A DNA stretch of 64,000 nt from Eledone cirrhosa (taxonomy: Eukaryota). The notes beneath the pieces are model-generated. The model saw only the letters and a list, made by a program, of their open reading frames with translations, did no database searches and was not told the origin of the DNA. This document shows positions 53,400 to 64,000 of the stretch, piece by piece (positions within the stretch are counted from its first letter, which is position 1; each line of letters begins with the position of its first letter). Where the stretch lies: contig OZ024759.1 in NCBI GenBank assembly GCA_964016885.1, positions 5,394,001 to 5,458,000 of the forward strand, read 5' to 3'. The position numbers and the translations under genes are program-made.

Positions 53400-56300
53400 A
53401 AGTAACTCCAATGTTGGTGAGAATTCATTTAAGTTCATGGTATTAGCTGTCAGAAGGAACTCTACTGTTGGTGAGAATTCATTTAAGTTCATGGTATTAG
53501 ATCTCAGAAGTAACTCCACTGTTGGTGAGAATTCATTTAAGTTCATGGTATTAGCTGTCAGAAGTAACTCCACTGTTGGTGAGAATTCATTTAAGTTCAT
53601 GGTACAAGCTGTCAGAAGTAACTCCAATGTTGGTGAGAATTCATTTAAGTTCATGGTATTAGCTGTCAGAAGTAACTCCACTGTTGGTGAGAATTCATTT
53701 AAGTCATGGTATTAGCTGTCAGCAGCAACTCCAATGTTGGTGAGAATTCATTTAAGTCATGGTACTAGCTGTCAGAAGTAACTCCAATGTTGGTGAGAAT
53801 TCATTTAAGTTCATGGTATTAGCTGTCAGAAGTAACTCCACTGTTAGTGAGAATTCATTTAAGTTCATGGTATTAGCTGTCAGAAGTAACTCCACTGTTG
53901 GTGAGAATTCATTTAAGTCATGGTATTAGCTGTCAGAAGTAACTCCAATGTTGGTGAGAATTCATTTAATTTCATGGTATTAGCTGTCAGAAGTCACTCC
54001 ACTGTTGGTGAGAATTCATTTAAGTTCATGGTACTAGCTGTCAGAAGTAACCCCAATGTTGGTGAGAATTCATTTAAGTTCATGGTATTAGCTGTCAGAA
54101 GTCACTCCAATGTTGGTGAGAATTCATTTAAGTTCATGGTATTAGCTGTCAGAAGTAACTCCACTGTTGGTGAGAATTCATTTAAGTTCATGGTATTAGC
54201 TGTCAGAAGTAACTCCACTGTTGGTGAGAATTCATTTAAGTTCATGGTACTAGCTGTCAGAAGTAACTCCACTGTTGGTGAGAATTCATTTAAGTTCATG
54301 GTATTAGCTGTCAGAAGTAACTCCACTGTTGGTGAGAATTCATTTAAGTTCATGGTATTAGTTGTCAGAAGTAACTCCAATGTTGGTGAGAATTCATTTA
54401 AGTTCATGGTACTAGCTGTCAGAAGTAACTACACTGTTGGTGAGAATTCATTTAAGTTCATGGTATTAGCTGTCAGAAGTAACTCCACCGTTGGTGAGAA
54501 TTCATTTAAGTTCATGGTATTAGCTGTCAGAAGTAACTCCACTGTTGGTGAGAATTCATTTAAGTCATGGTATTAGCTGTCAGAAGTAACTCCAATGTTG
54601 GTGAGAATTCATTTAAGTTCATGGTATTAGCTGTCAGAAGGAACTCTACTGTTGGTGAGAATCCATTTAAGTTCATGGTATTAGATGTCAGAAGTAACTC
54701 CACTGTTGGTGAGAATTCATTTAAGTTCATGGTATTAGCTGTCAGAAGTAACTCCACTGTTGGTGAGAATTCATTTAAGTTCATGGTACTAGCTGTCAGA
54801 AGTAACTCCAATGTTGGTGAGAATTCATTTAAGTTCATGGTATTAGCTGTCAGAAGTAACTCCACTGTTGGTGAGAATTCATTTAAGGCATGGTATTAGC
54901 TGTCAGAAGTAACTCCAATGTTGGTGAGAATTCATTTAAGTTCATGGTATTAGCTGTCAGAAGTAACTCCACTGTTGGTGAGAATTCATTTAAGTTCATG
55001 GTATTAGCTGTCAGAAGTAACTCCACTGTTGGTGAGAATTCATTTAAGTTCATGGTACTAGCTGTCAGAAGTAACTCCACTGTTGGTGAGAATTCATTTA
55101 AGTTCATGGTATTAGTTTGTCAGAAGTAACTCCACTGTTGGTGAGAATTCATTTAAGTCATGGTATTAGTTTTCAGAAATAACTCCAATGTTGGTGAGAA
55201 TTCATTTAAGTTCATGGTACTAGCTGTCAGAAGTAACTCCACTGTTGGTGAGAATTCATTTAAGTTCATGGTATTAGCTGTCAGAAGTAACTCCACTGTT
55301 GGTGAGAATTCATTTAAGTCATGGTATTAGCTGTCAGAAGTAACTCCACTGTTGGTGAGAATTCATTTAAGTTCATGGTACTAGCTGTCAGAAGTAACTC
55401 CAATGTTGGTGAGAATTCATTTAAGTTCATGGTATTAGCTGTCAGAAGTAACTCCACTGTTGGTGAGAATTCATTTAAGTTCATGGTATTAGCTGTCAGA
55501 AGTAACTCCACTGTTGGTGAGAATTCATTTAAGTTCATGGTATTAGCTGTCAGAAGGAACTCCACTGTTGGTGAGAATTCATTTAAGTCATGGTATTAGC
55601 TGTCAGAAGTAACTCCAATGTTGGTGAGAATTCATTTAAGTTCATGGTATTAGCTGTCAGAAGTAACTCCACTGTTGGTGAGAATACATTTAAGTTCATG
55701 GTACTAGTTGTCAGAAGTAACTCCACTGTTGGTGAGAATTCATTTAAGTTCATGGTATTAGTTGTCAGAAGTAACTCCACTGTTGGTGAGAATTCATTTA
55801 AGTCATGGTATTAGTTGTCAGAAGTAACTCCAATGTTGGTGAGAATTCATTTAAGTTCATGGTACTAGCTGTCAGAAGTAACTCCACTGTTGGTGAGAAT
55901 TCATTTAAGTTCATGGTATTAGCTGTCAGAAGTAACTCCACTGTTTGGTGAGAATTCATTTAAGTCATGGTATTAGCTGTCAGAAGTAACTCCATTGTTG
56001 GTGAGAATTCATTTAAGTCATGGTACTAGCTGTCAGAAGTAACTCCACTGTTGGTGAGAATTCATTTAAGTTCATGGTATTAGATGTCAGAAGTAACTCC
56101 ACTGTTGGTGAGAATTCATTTAAGTTCATGGTATTAGCTGTCAGAAGTAACTCCACTGTTGGTGAGAATTCATTTAAGTTCATGGTACAAGCTGTCAGAA
56201 GTAACTCCAATGTTGGTGAGAATTCATTTAAGTTCATGGTATTAGCTGTCAGAAGTAACTCCACTGTTGGTGAGAATTCATTTAAGTCATGGTATTAGCT

Positions 56301-59300
56301 GTCAGAAGTAACTCCACTGTTGGTGAGAATTCATTTAAGTTCATGGTACTAGCTGTCAGAAGTAACTCCACTGTTGGTGAGAATTCATTTAAGTTCATGG
56401 TATTAGTTTGTCAGAAGTAACTCCACTGTTGGTGAGAATTCATTTAAGTCATGGTATTAGTTTTCAGAAGTAACTCCAATGTTGGTGAGAATTCATTTAA
56501 GTTCATGGTACTAGCTGTCAGAAGTAACTCCACTGTTGGTGAGAATTCATTTAAGTTCATGGTATTAGCTGTCAGAAGTAACTCCACTGTTGGTGAGAAT
56601 TCATTTAAGTCATGGTATTAGCTGTCAGAAGCAACTCCAATGTTGGTGAGAATTCATTTAAGTCATGGTACTAGCTGTCAGAAGTAACTCCAATGTTGGT
56701 GAGAATTCATTTAAGTTCATGGTATTAGCTGTCAGAAGTAACTCCACTGTTGGTGAGAATTCATTTAAGTTCATGGTATTAGCTGTCAGAAGTAACTCCA
56801 CTGTTGGTGAGAATTCATTTAAGTCATGGTATTAGCTGTCAGAAGTAACTCCAATGTTGGTGAGAATTCATTTAAGTTCATGGTATTAGCTGTCAGAAGT
56901 CACTCCACTGTTGGTGAGAATTCATTTAAGTTCATGGTACTAGCTGTCAGAAGTAACCCCAATGTTGGTGAGAATTCATTTAAGTTCATGGTATTAGCTG
57001 TCAGAAGTCACTCCAATGTTGGTGAGAATTCATTTAAGTTCATGGTATTAGCTGTCAGAAGTAACTCCACTGTTGGTGAGAATTCATTTAAGTTCATGGT
57101 ATTAGCTGTCAGAAGTAACTCCACTGTTGGTGAGAATTCATTTAAGTTCATGGTACTAGCTGTCAGAAGTAACTCCACTGTTGGTGAGAATTCATTTAAG
57201 TTCATGGTATTAGCTGTCAGAAGTAACTCCACTGTTGGTGAGAATTCATTTAAGTTCATGGTATTAGTTGTCAGAAGTAACTCCAATGTTGGTGAGAATT
57301 CATTTAAGTTCATGGTACTAGCTGTCAGAAGTAACTACACTGTTGGTGAGAATTCATTTAAGTTCATGGTATTAGCTGTCAGAAGTAACTCCACTGTTGG
57401 TGAGAATTCATTTAAGTTCATGGTATTAGCTGTCAGAAGTAACTCCACTGTTGGTGAGAATTCATTTAAGTCATGGTATTAGCTGTCAGAAGTAACTCCA
57501 ATGTTGGTGAGAATTCATTTAAGTTCATGGTATTAGCTGTCAGAAGGAACTCTACTGTTGGTGACAATCCATTTAAGTTCATGGTATTAGATGTCAGAAG
57601 TAACTCCACTGTTGGTGAGAATTCATTTAAGTTCATGGTATTAGCTGTCAGAAGTAACTCCACTGTTGGTGAGAATTCATTTAAGTTCATGGTACTAGCT
57701 GTCAGAAGTAACTCCAATGTTGGTGAGAATTCATTTAAGTTCATGGTATTAGCTGTCAGAAGTAACTCCACTGTTGGTGAGAATTCATTTAAGGCATGGT
57801 ATTAGCTGTCAGAAGTAACTCCAATGTTGGTGAGAATTCATTTAAGTTCATGGTATTAGCTGTCAGAAGTAACTCCACTGTTGGTGAGAATTCATTTAAG
57901 TTCATGGTATTAGCTGTCAGAAGTAACTCCACTGTTGGTGAGAATTCATTTAAGTTCATGGTACTAGCTGTCAGAAGTAACTCCACTGTTGGTGAGAATT
58001 CATTTAAGTTCATTGTATTAGCTGTCAGAAGTAACTCCACTGTTGGTGAGAATTCATTTAAGTCATGGTATTAGCTGTCAGAAGTAACTCCAATGTTGGT
58101 GAGAATTCATTTAAGTCATGGTACTAGCTGTCAGAAGTAACTCCAATGTTGGTGAGAATTCATTTAAGTTCATGGTATTAGCTGTCAGAAGTAACTCCAC
58201 TGTTGGTGAGAATTCATTTAAGTTCATGGTATTAGCTGTCAGAAGTAACTCCACTGTTGGTGAGAATTCATTTAAGTCATGGTATTAGCTGTCAGAAGTA
58301 ACTCCAATGTTGGTGAGAATTCATTTAAGTCATGGTATTAGCTGTCAGAAGTAACTCCAATGTTGGTCAGAATTCATTTAAGTTCATGGTATTAGCTGTC
58401 AGAAGGAACTCTACTGTTGGTGAGAATTCATTTAAGTTCATGGTATTAGCTGTCAGAAGTAACTCCACTGTTGGTGAGAATTCATTTAAGTTCATGGTAT
58501 TAGCTGTCAGAAGTAACTCCACTGTTGGTGAGAATTCATTTAAGTCATGGTATTAGCTGTCAGAAGTAACTCCAATGTTGGTGAGAATTCATTTAAGTTC
58601 ATGGTATTAGCTGTCAGAAGTCACTCCACTGTTGGTGAGAATTCATTTAAGTTCATGGTACTAGCTGTCAGAAGTAACCCCAATGTTGGTGAGAATTCAT
58701 TTAAGTTCATGGTATTAGCTGTCAGAAGTCACTCCAATGTTGGTGAGAATTCATTTAAGTTCATGGTATTAGCTGTCAGAAGTAACTCCACTGTTGGTGA
58801 GAATTCATTTAAGTTCATGGTATTAGCTGTCAGAAGTAACTCCACTGTTGGTGAGAATTCATTTAAGTTCATGGTACTAGCTGTCAGAAGTAACTCCACT
58901 GTTGGTGAGAATTCATTTAAGTTCATGGTATTAGCTGTCAGAAGTAACTCCACTGTTGGTGAGAATTCATTTAAGTTCATGGTATTAGTTGTCAGAAGTA
59001 ACTCCAATGTTGGTGAGAATTCATTTAAGTTCATGGTACTAGCTGTCAGAAGTAACTACACTGTTGGTGAGAATTCATTTAAGTTCATGGTATTAGCTGT
59101 CAGAAGTAACTCCACTGTTGGTGAGAATTCATTTAAGTTCATGGTATTAGCTGTCAGAAGTAACTCCACTGTTAGTGAGAATTCATTTAAGTCATGGTAT
59201 TAGCTGTCAGAAGTAACTCCAATGTTGGTGAGAATTCATTTAAGTTCATGGTATTAGCTGTCAGAAGGAACTCTACTGTTGGTGAGAATCCATTTAAGTT

Positions 59301-62300
59301 CATGGTATTAGATGTCGGAAGTAACTCCACTGTTGGTGAGAATTCATTTAAGTTCATGGTACTAGCTGTCAGAAGTAACTCCACTGTTGGTGAGAATTCA
59401 TTTAAGTTCATGGTACTAGCTGTCAGAAGTAACTCCAATGTTGGTGAGAATTCATTTAAGTTCATGGTACTAGCTGTCAGAAGTAACTCCACTGTTGGTG
59501 AGAATTCATTTAAGTTCATGGTATTAGCTGTCAGAAGTAACTCCACTGTTGGTGAGAATTCATTTAAGTTCATGGTATTAGCTGTCAGAAGTAACTCCAC
59601 TGTTGGTGAGAATTCATTTAAGTTCATGGTACTAGCTGTCAGAAGCAACTCCACTGTTGGTGAGAATTCATTTAAGTTCATGGTATTAGTTTGTCAGAAG
59701 TAACTCCACTGTTGGTGAGAATTCATTTAAGTCATGGTATTAGTTTTCAGAAATAACTCCAATGTTGGTGAGAATTCATTTAAGTTCATGGTACTAGCTG
59801 TCAGAAGTAACTCCACTGTTGGTGAGAATTCATTTAAGTTCATGGTATTAGCTGTCAGAAGTAACTCCACTGTTGGTGAGAATTCATTTAAGTCATGGTA
59901 TTAGCTGTCAGAAGTAACTCCAATGTTGGTGAGAATTCATTTAACTCATGGTACTAGCTGTCAGAAGTAACTCCAATGTTGGTGAGAATTCATTTAAGTT
60001 CATGGTATTAGTGTCAGAAGTAACTCCACTGTTGGTGAGAATTCATTTAAGTTCATGTTATTAGCTGTCAGAAGTAACTCCACTGTTGGTGAGAATTCAT
60101 TTAAGTCATGGTATTAGCTGTCAGAAGTAACTCCAATGTTGGTGAGAATTCATTTAAGTTCATGGTATTAGCTGTCAGAAGTAACTCCACTGTTGGTGAG
60201 AATACATTTAAGTTCATGGTACTAGTTGTCAGAAGTAACTCCACTGTTGGTGAGAATTCATTTAAGTTCATGGTATTAGTTGTCAGAAGTAACTCCACTG
60301 TTGGTGAGAATTCATTTAAGTCATGGTATTAGTTGTCAGAAGTAACTCCAATGTTGGTGAGAATTCATTTAAGTTCATGGTACTAGCTGTCAGAAGTAAC
60401 TCCACTGTTGGTGAGAATTCATTTAAGTTCATAGTATTAGCTGTCAGAAGTAACTCCACTGTTGGTGAGAATTCATTTAAGTCATGGTATTAGCTGTCAG
60501 AAGTAACTCCATTGTTGGTGAGAATTCATTTAAGTCATGGTACTAGCTGTCAGAAGTAACTCCACTGTTGGTGAGAATTCATTTAAGTTCATGGTATTAG
60601 CTGTCAGAAGTAACTCCACTGTTGGTGAGAATTCATTTAAGTTCATGGTATTAGCTGTCAGAAGTAACTCCACTGTTGGTGAGAATTCATTTAAGTTCAT
60701 GGTATTAGTTGTCAGAAGTCACTCCACTGTTGGTGAGAATTCATTTAAGTTCATGGTACTAGCTGTCAGAAGTAACCCCAATGTTGGTGAGAATTCATTT
60801 AAGTTCATGGTATTAGCTGTCAGAAGTCACTCCAATGTTGGTGAGAATTCATTTAAGTTCATGGTATTAGCTGTCAGAAGTAACTCCACTGTTGGTGAGA
60901 ATTCATTTAAGTTCATGGTATTAGCTGTCAGAAGTAACTCCACTGTTGGTGAGAATTCATTTAAGTTCATGGTACTAGCTGTCAGAAGTAACTCCACTGT
61001 TGGTGAGAATTCATTTAAGTTCATGGTATTAGCTGTCAGAAGTAACTCCACTGTTGGTGAGAATTCATTTAAGTTCATGGTATTAGTTGTCAGAAGTAAC
61101 TCCAATGTTGGTGAGAATTCATTTAAGTTCATGGTACTAGCTGTCAGAAGTAACTACACTGTTGGTGAGAATTCATTTAAGTTCATGGTATTAGCTGTCA
61201 CAAGTAACTCCACTGTTGGTGAGAATTCATTTAAGTTCATGGTATTAGCTGTCAGAAGTAACTCCACTGTTGGTGAGAATTCATTTAAGTCATGGTATTA
61301 GCTGTCAGAAGTAACTCCAATGTTGGTGAGAATTCATTTAAGTTCATGGTATTAGCTGTCAGAAGGAACTCTACTGTTGGTGAGAATCCATTTAAGTTCA
61401 TGGTATTAGATGTCAGAAGTAACTCCACTGTTGGTGAGAATTCATTTAAGTTCATGGTATTAGCTGTCAGAAGTAACTCCACTGTTGGTGAGAATTCATT
61501 TAAGTTCATGGTACTAGCTGTCAGAAGTAACTCCAATGTTGGTGAGAATTCATATAAGTTCATGGTATTAGCTGTCAAAAGTAACTCCACTGTTGGTGAG
61601 AATTCATTTAAGGCATGGTATTAGCTGTCAGAAGTAACTCCAATGTTGGTGAGAATTCATTTAAGTTCATGGTATTAGCTGTCAGAAGTAACTCCACTGT
61701 TGGTGAGAATTCATTTAAGTTCATGGTATTAGCTGTCAGAAGTAACTCCACTGTTGGTGAGAATTCATTTAAGTTCATGGTACTAGCTGTCAGAAGTAAC
61801 TCCACTGTTGGTGAGAATTCATTTAAGTTCATGGTATTAGTTTGTCAGAAGTAACTCCACTGTTGGTGAGAATTCATTTAAGTCATGGTATTAGTTTTCA
61901 GAAATAACTCCAATGTTGGTGAGAATTCATTTAAGTTCATGGTATTAGCTGTCAGAAGTCACTCCACTGTTGGTGAGAATTCATTTAAGTTCATGGTACA
62001 AGCTGTCAGAAGTAACCCCAATGTTGGTGAGAATTCATTTAAGTTCATGGTATTAGCTGTCAGAAGTCACTCCAATGTTGGTGAGAATTCATTTAAGTTC
62101 ATGGTATTAGCTGTCAGAAGTAACTCCACTGTTGGTGAGAATTCATTTAAGTTCATGGTATTAGCTGTCAGAAGGAACTCCACTGTTGGTGAGAATTCAT
62201 TTAAGTCATGGTATTAGCTGTCAGAAGTAACTCCAATGTTGGTGAGAATTCATTTAAGTTCATGGTATTAGCTGTCAGAAGTAACTCCACTGTTGGTGAG

Positions 62301-64000
62301 AATACATTTAAGTTCATGGTACTAGTTGTCAGAAGTAACTCCACTGTTGGTGAGAATTCATTTAAGTTCATGGTGTTAGTTGTCAGCAGTAACTCCACTG
62401 TTGGTGAGAATTCATTTAAGTCATGGTATTAGTTGTCAGAAGTAACTCCAATGTTGGTGAGAATTCATTTAAGTTCATGGTACTAGCTGTCAGAAGTAAC
62501 TCCACTGTTGGTTAGAATTCATTTAAGTTCATGGTATTAGCTGTCAGAAGTAACTCCACTGTTGGTGAGAATTCATTTAAGTCATGGTATTAGCTGTCAG
62601 AAGTAACTCCATTGTTGGTGAGAATTCATTTAAGTCATGGTACTAGCTGTCAGAAGTAACTCCACTGTTGGTGAGAATTCATTTAAGTTCATGGTACTAG
62701 CTGTCAGAAGTAACTCCACTGTTGGTGAGAATTCATTTAAGTTCATGGTATTAGCTGTCAGAAGTAACTCCACTGTTGGTGAGAATTCATTTAAGTTCAT
62801 GGTATTAGTTGTCAGAAGTAACTCCAATGTTGGTGAGAATTCATTTAAGTTCATGGTACTAGCTGTCAGACGTAACTACACTGTTGGTGAGAATTCATTT
62901 AAGTTCATGGTATTAGCTGTCAGAAGTAACTCCACTGTTGGTGAGAATTCATTTAAGTTCATGGTATTAGCTGTCAGAAGTAACTCCACTGTTGGTGAGA
63001 ATTCATTTAAGTCATGGTATTAGCTGTCAGAAGTAACTCCAATGTTGGTGAGAATTCATTTAAGTTCATGGTATTAGCTGTCAGAAGGAACTCTACTGTT
63101 GGTGAGAATTCATTTAAGTTCATGGTATTAGATGTCAGAAGTAACTCCACTGTTGGTGAGAATTCATTTAAGTTCATGGTATTAGCTGTCAGAAGTAACT
63201 CCACTGTTGGTGAGAATTCATTTAAGTTCATGGTTCTAGCTGTCAGAAGTAACTCCAATGTTGGTGAGAATTCATTTAAGTTCATGGTATTAGCTGTCAG
63301 AAGTAACTCCACTGTTGGTGAGAATACATTTAAGTTCATGGTACTAGCTGTCAGAAGTAACTCCACTGTTGGTGAGAATTCATTTAAGTTCATGGTATTA
63401 GTTTGTCAGAAGTAACACCACTGTTGGTGAGAATTCATTTAAGTCATGGTATTAGTTTTCAGAAGTAACTCCAATGTTGGTGAGAATTCATTTAAGTTCA
63501 TGGTACTAGCTGTCAGAAGTAACTCCACTGTTGGTGAGAATTCATTTAAGTTCATGGTATTAGCTGTCAGAAGTCACTCCAATGTTGGTGAGAATTCATT
63601 TAAGTTCATGGTATTAGCTGTCAGAAGTAACTCCACTGTTGGTGAGAATTCATTTAAGTTCATGGTATTAGCTGTCAGAAGTAACTCCACTGTTGGTGAG
63701 AATTCATTTAAGTTCATGGTACTAGCTGTCAGAAGTAACTCCACTGTTGGTGAGAATTCATTTAAGTTCATGGTATTAGCTGTCAGAAGTAACTCCACTG
63801 TTGGTGAGAATTCATTTAAGTTCATGGTATTAGTTGTCAGAAGTAACTCCAATGTTGGTGAGAATTCATTTAAGTTCATGGTACTAGCTGTCAGAAGTAA
63901 CTACACTGTTGGTGAGAATTCATTTAAGTTCATGGTATTAGCTGTCAGAAGTAACTCCACTGTTGGTGAGAATTCATTTAAGTTCATGGTATTAGCTGTC
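53400..64000. repeat. Distal satellite subfamily domain with its own diagnostic monomer variants and an irregularly spaced repeated module
   Basis: Variants AGTCACTCC, AACCCCAAT, GAATCCAT, TTAGATGTC, AAGGCATGG, GAATACAT and the 55-bp TTAGTTTGTC monomer are concentrated here. The same 101-aa artefact ORF marks the module at 54102, 57008, 58729, 60827 and 63574. Confidence 0.88.

Larger units (their letters stand above)
1..64000. repeat. 54-bp tandem satellite DNA array (EcoRI-site monomer), ~1,190 head-to-tail copies, truncated by both window edges
   Basis: Consensus GAATTCATTTAAGTTCATGGTAYTAGCTGTCAGAAGTAACTCCACTGTTGGTGA recurs every 53-54 bp throughout (e.g. GAATTC at 35, 89, 143, 197). Monomers usually differ from consensus at only 0-3 positions, and no intervening unique DNA was seen. 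Confidence 0.99.

Noticed and set aside
258-63879. The ~200 ORFs of 65-290 aa on both strands as protein-coding genes (e.g. repeat surface protein or mucin-like)
   Set aside because: All are translations of the same 54-bp unit and overlap antisense. They are cut every few monomers by 1-bp indels or stops, have no unique N- or C-terminal domains, and many common variants are non-synonymous.
1-64000. CRISPR array or other repeat-spacer/guide array
   Set aside because: Monomers abut directly with no unique spacers. Variation is limited to recurrent SNPs and 1-bp indels, and there are no cas genes or leader.
1-64000. Variant order as a deliberate code, or a programmed frameshift/antigenic-variation cassette system
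   Set aside because: The order is adequately explained by nested tandem duplications and deletions. No recombinase, expression site or unique flanking sequence is present in the window.
1-64000. Technical concatemer (rolling-circle amplification or ligated EcoRI fragments)
   Set aside because: Rare variants are inherited in hierarchical multi-kb blocks and regional domains, all monomers share one orientation, and some lack the EcoRI site (GAATTAAT, GACAATTC, GAATCC, GAATAC). This fits evolved genomic satellite. Local misassembly is still possible.
1-64000. tRNA, 5S rRNA, snRNA or spliced-leader tandem gene array; telomeric repeat
   Set aside because: The 54-bp unit is too short for these genes, has no recognisable cloverleaf or Pol III A/B boxes, and lacks a G-rich telomeric motif.
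1-64000. Assignment to a named satellite family or taxon
   Set aside because: I do not recognise the sequence with confidence, and a database search is required.

Overview
All 64 kb belong to one uninterrupted head-to-tail tandem array of a 54-bp monomer, with consensus GAATTCATTTAAGTTCATGGTAYTAGCTGTCAGAAGTAACTCCACTGTTGGTGA. The monomer is about 37-39% GC, carries one EcoRI site and has no CpG. There are roughly 1,190 copies, all in one orientation, and the array runs off both ends of the window. I saw no unique sequence, gene, RNA gene, transposon, spacer or inversion. Every ORF in the track is a translation of the monomer (54 = 18 codons, one stop-free frame per strand), so I treat them as artefacts. 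The best reading is eukaryotic satellite DNA, possibly heterochromatic or centromeric, but I do not recognise the family or organism. The only information lies in the order of monomer variants: a common 53-bp indel variant, linked SNP haplotypes, nested segmental duplications (216, 321, 376, 699, 914, 1396, 1882, 2310, 2367, 2796 and about 7,700-7,900 bp) and regional subfamily domains with a clear switch near 50-53.5 kb. I found no evidence of a protein-encoded novel system. Offsets were derived by hand from ORF-track coordinates and rare marker SNPs, so segment boundaries are approximate (about one monomer).
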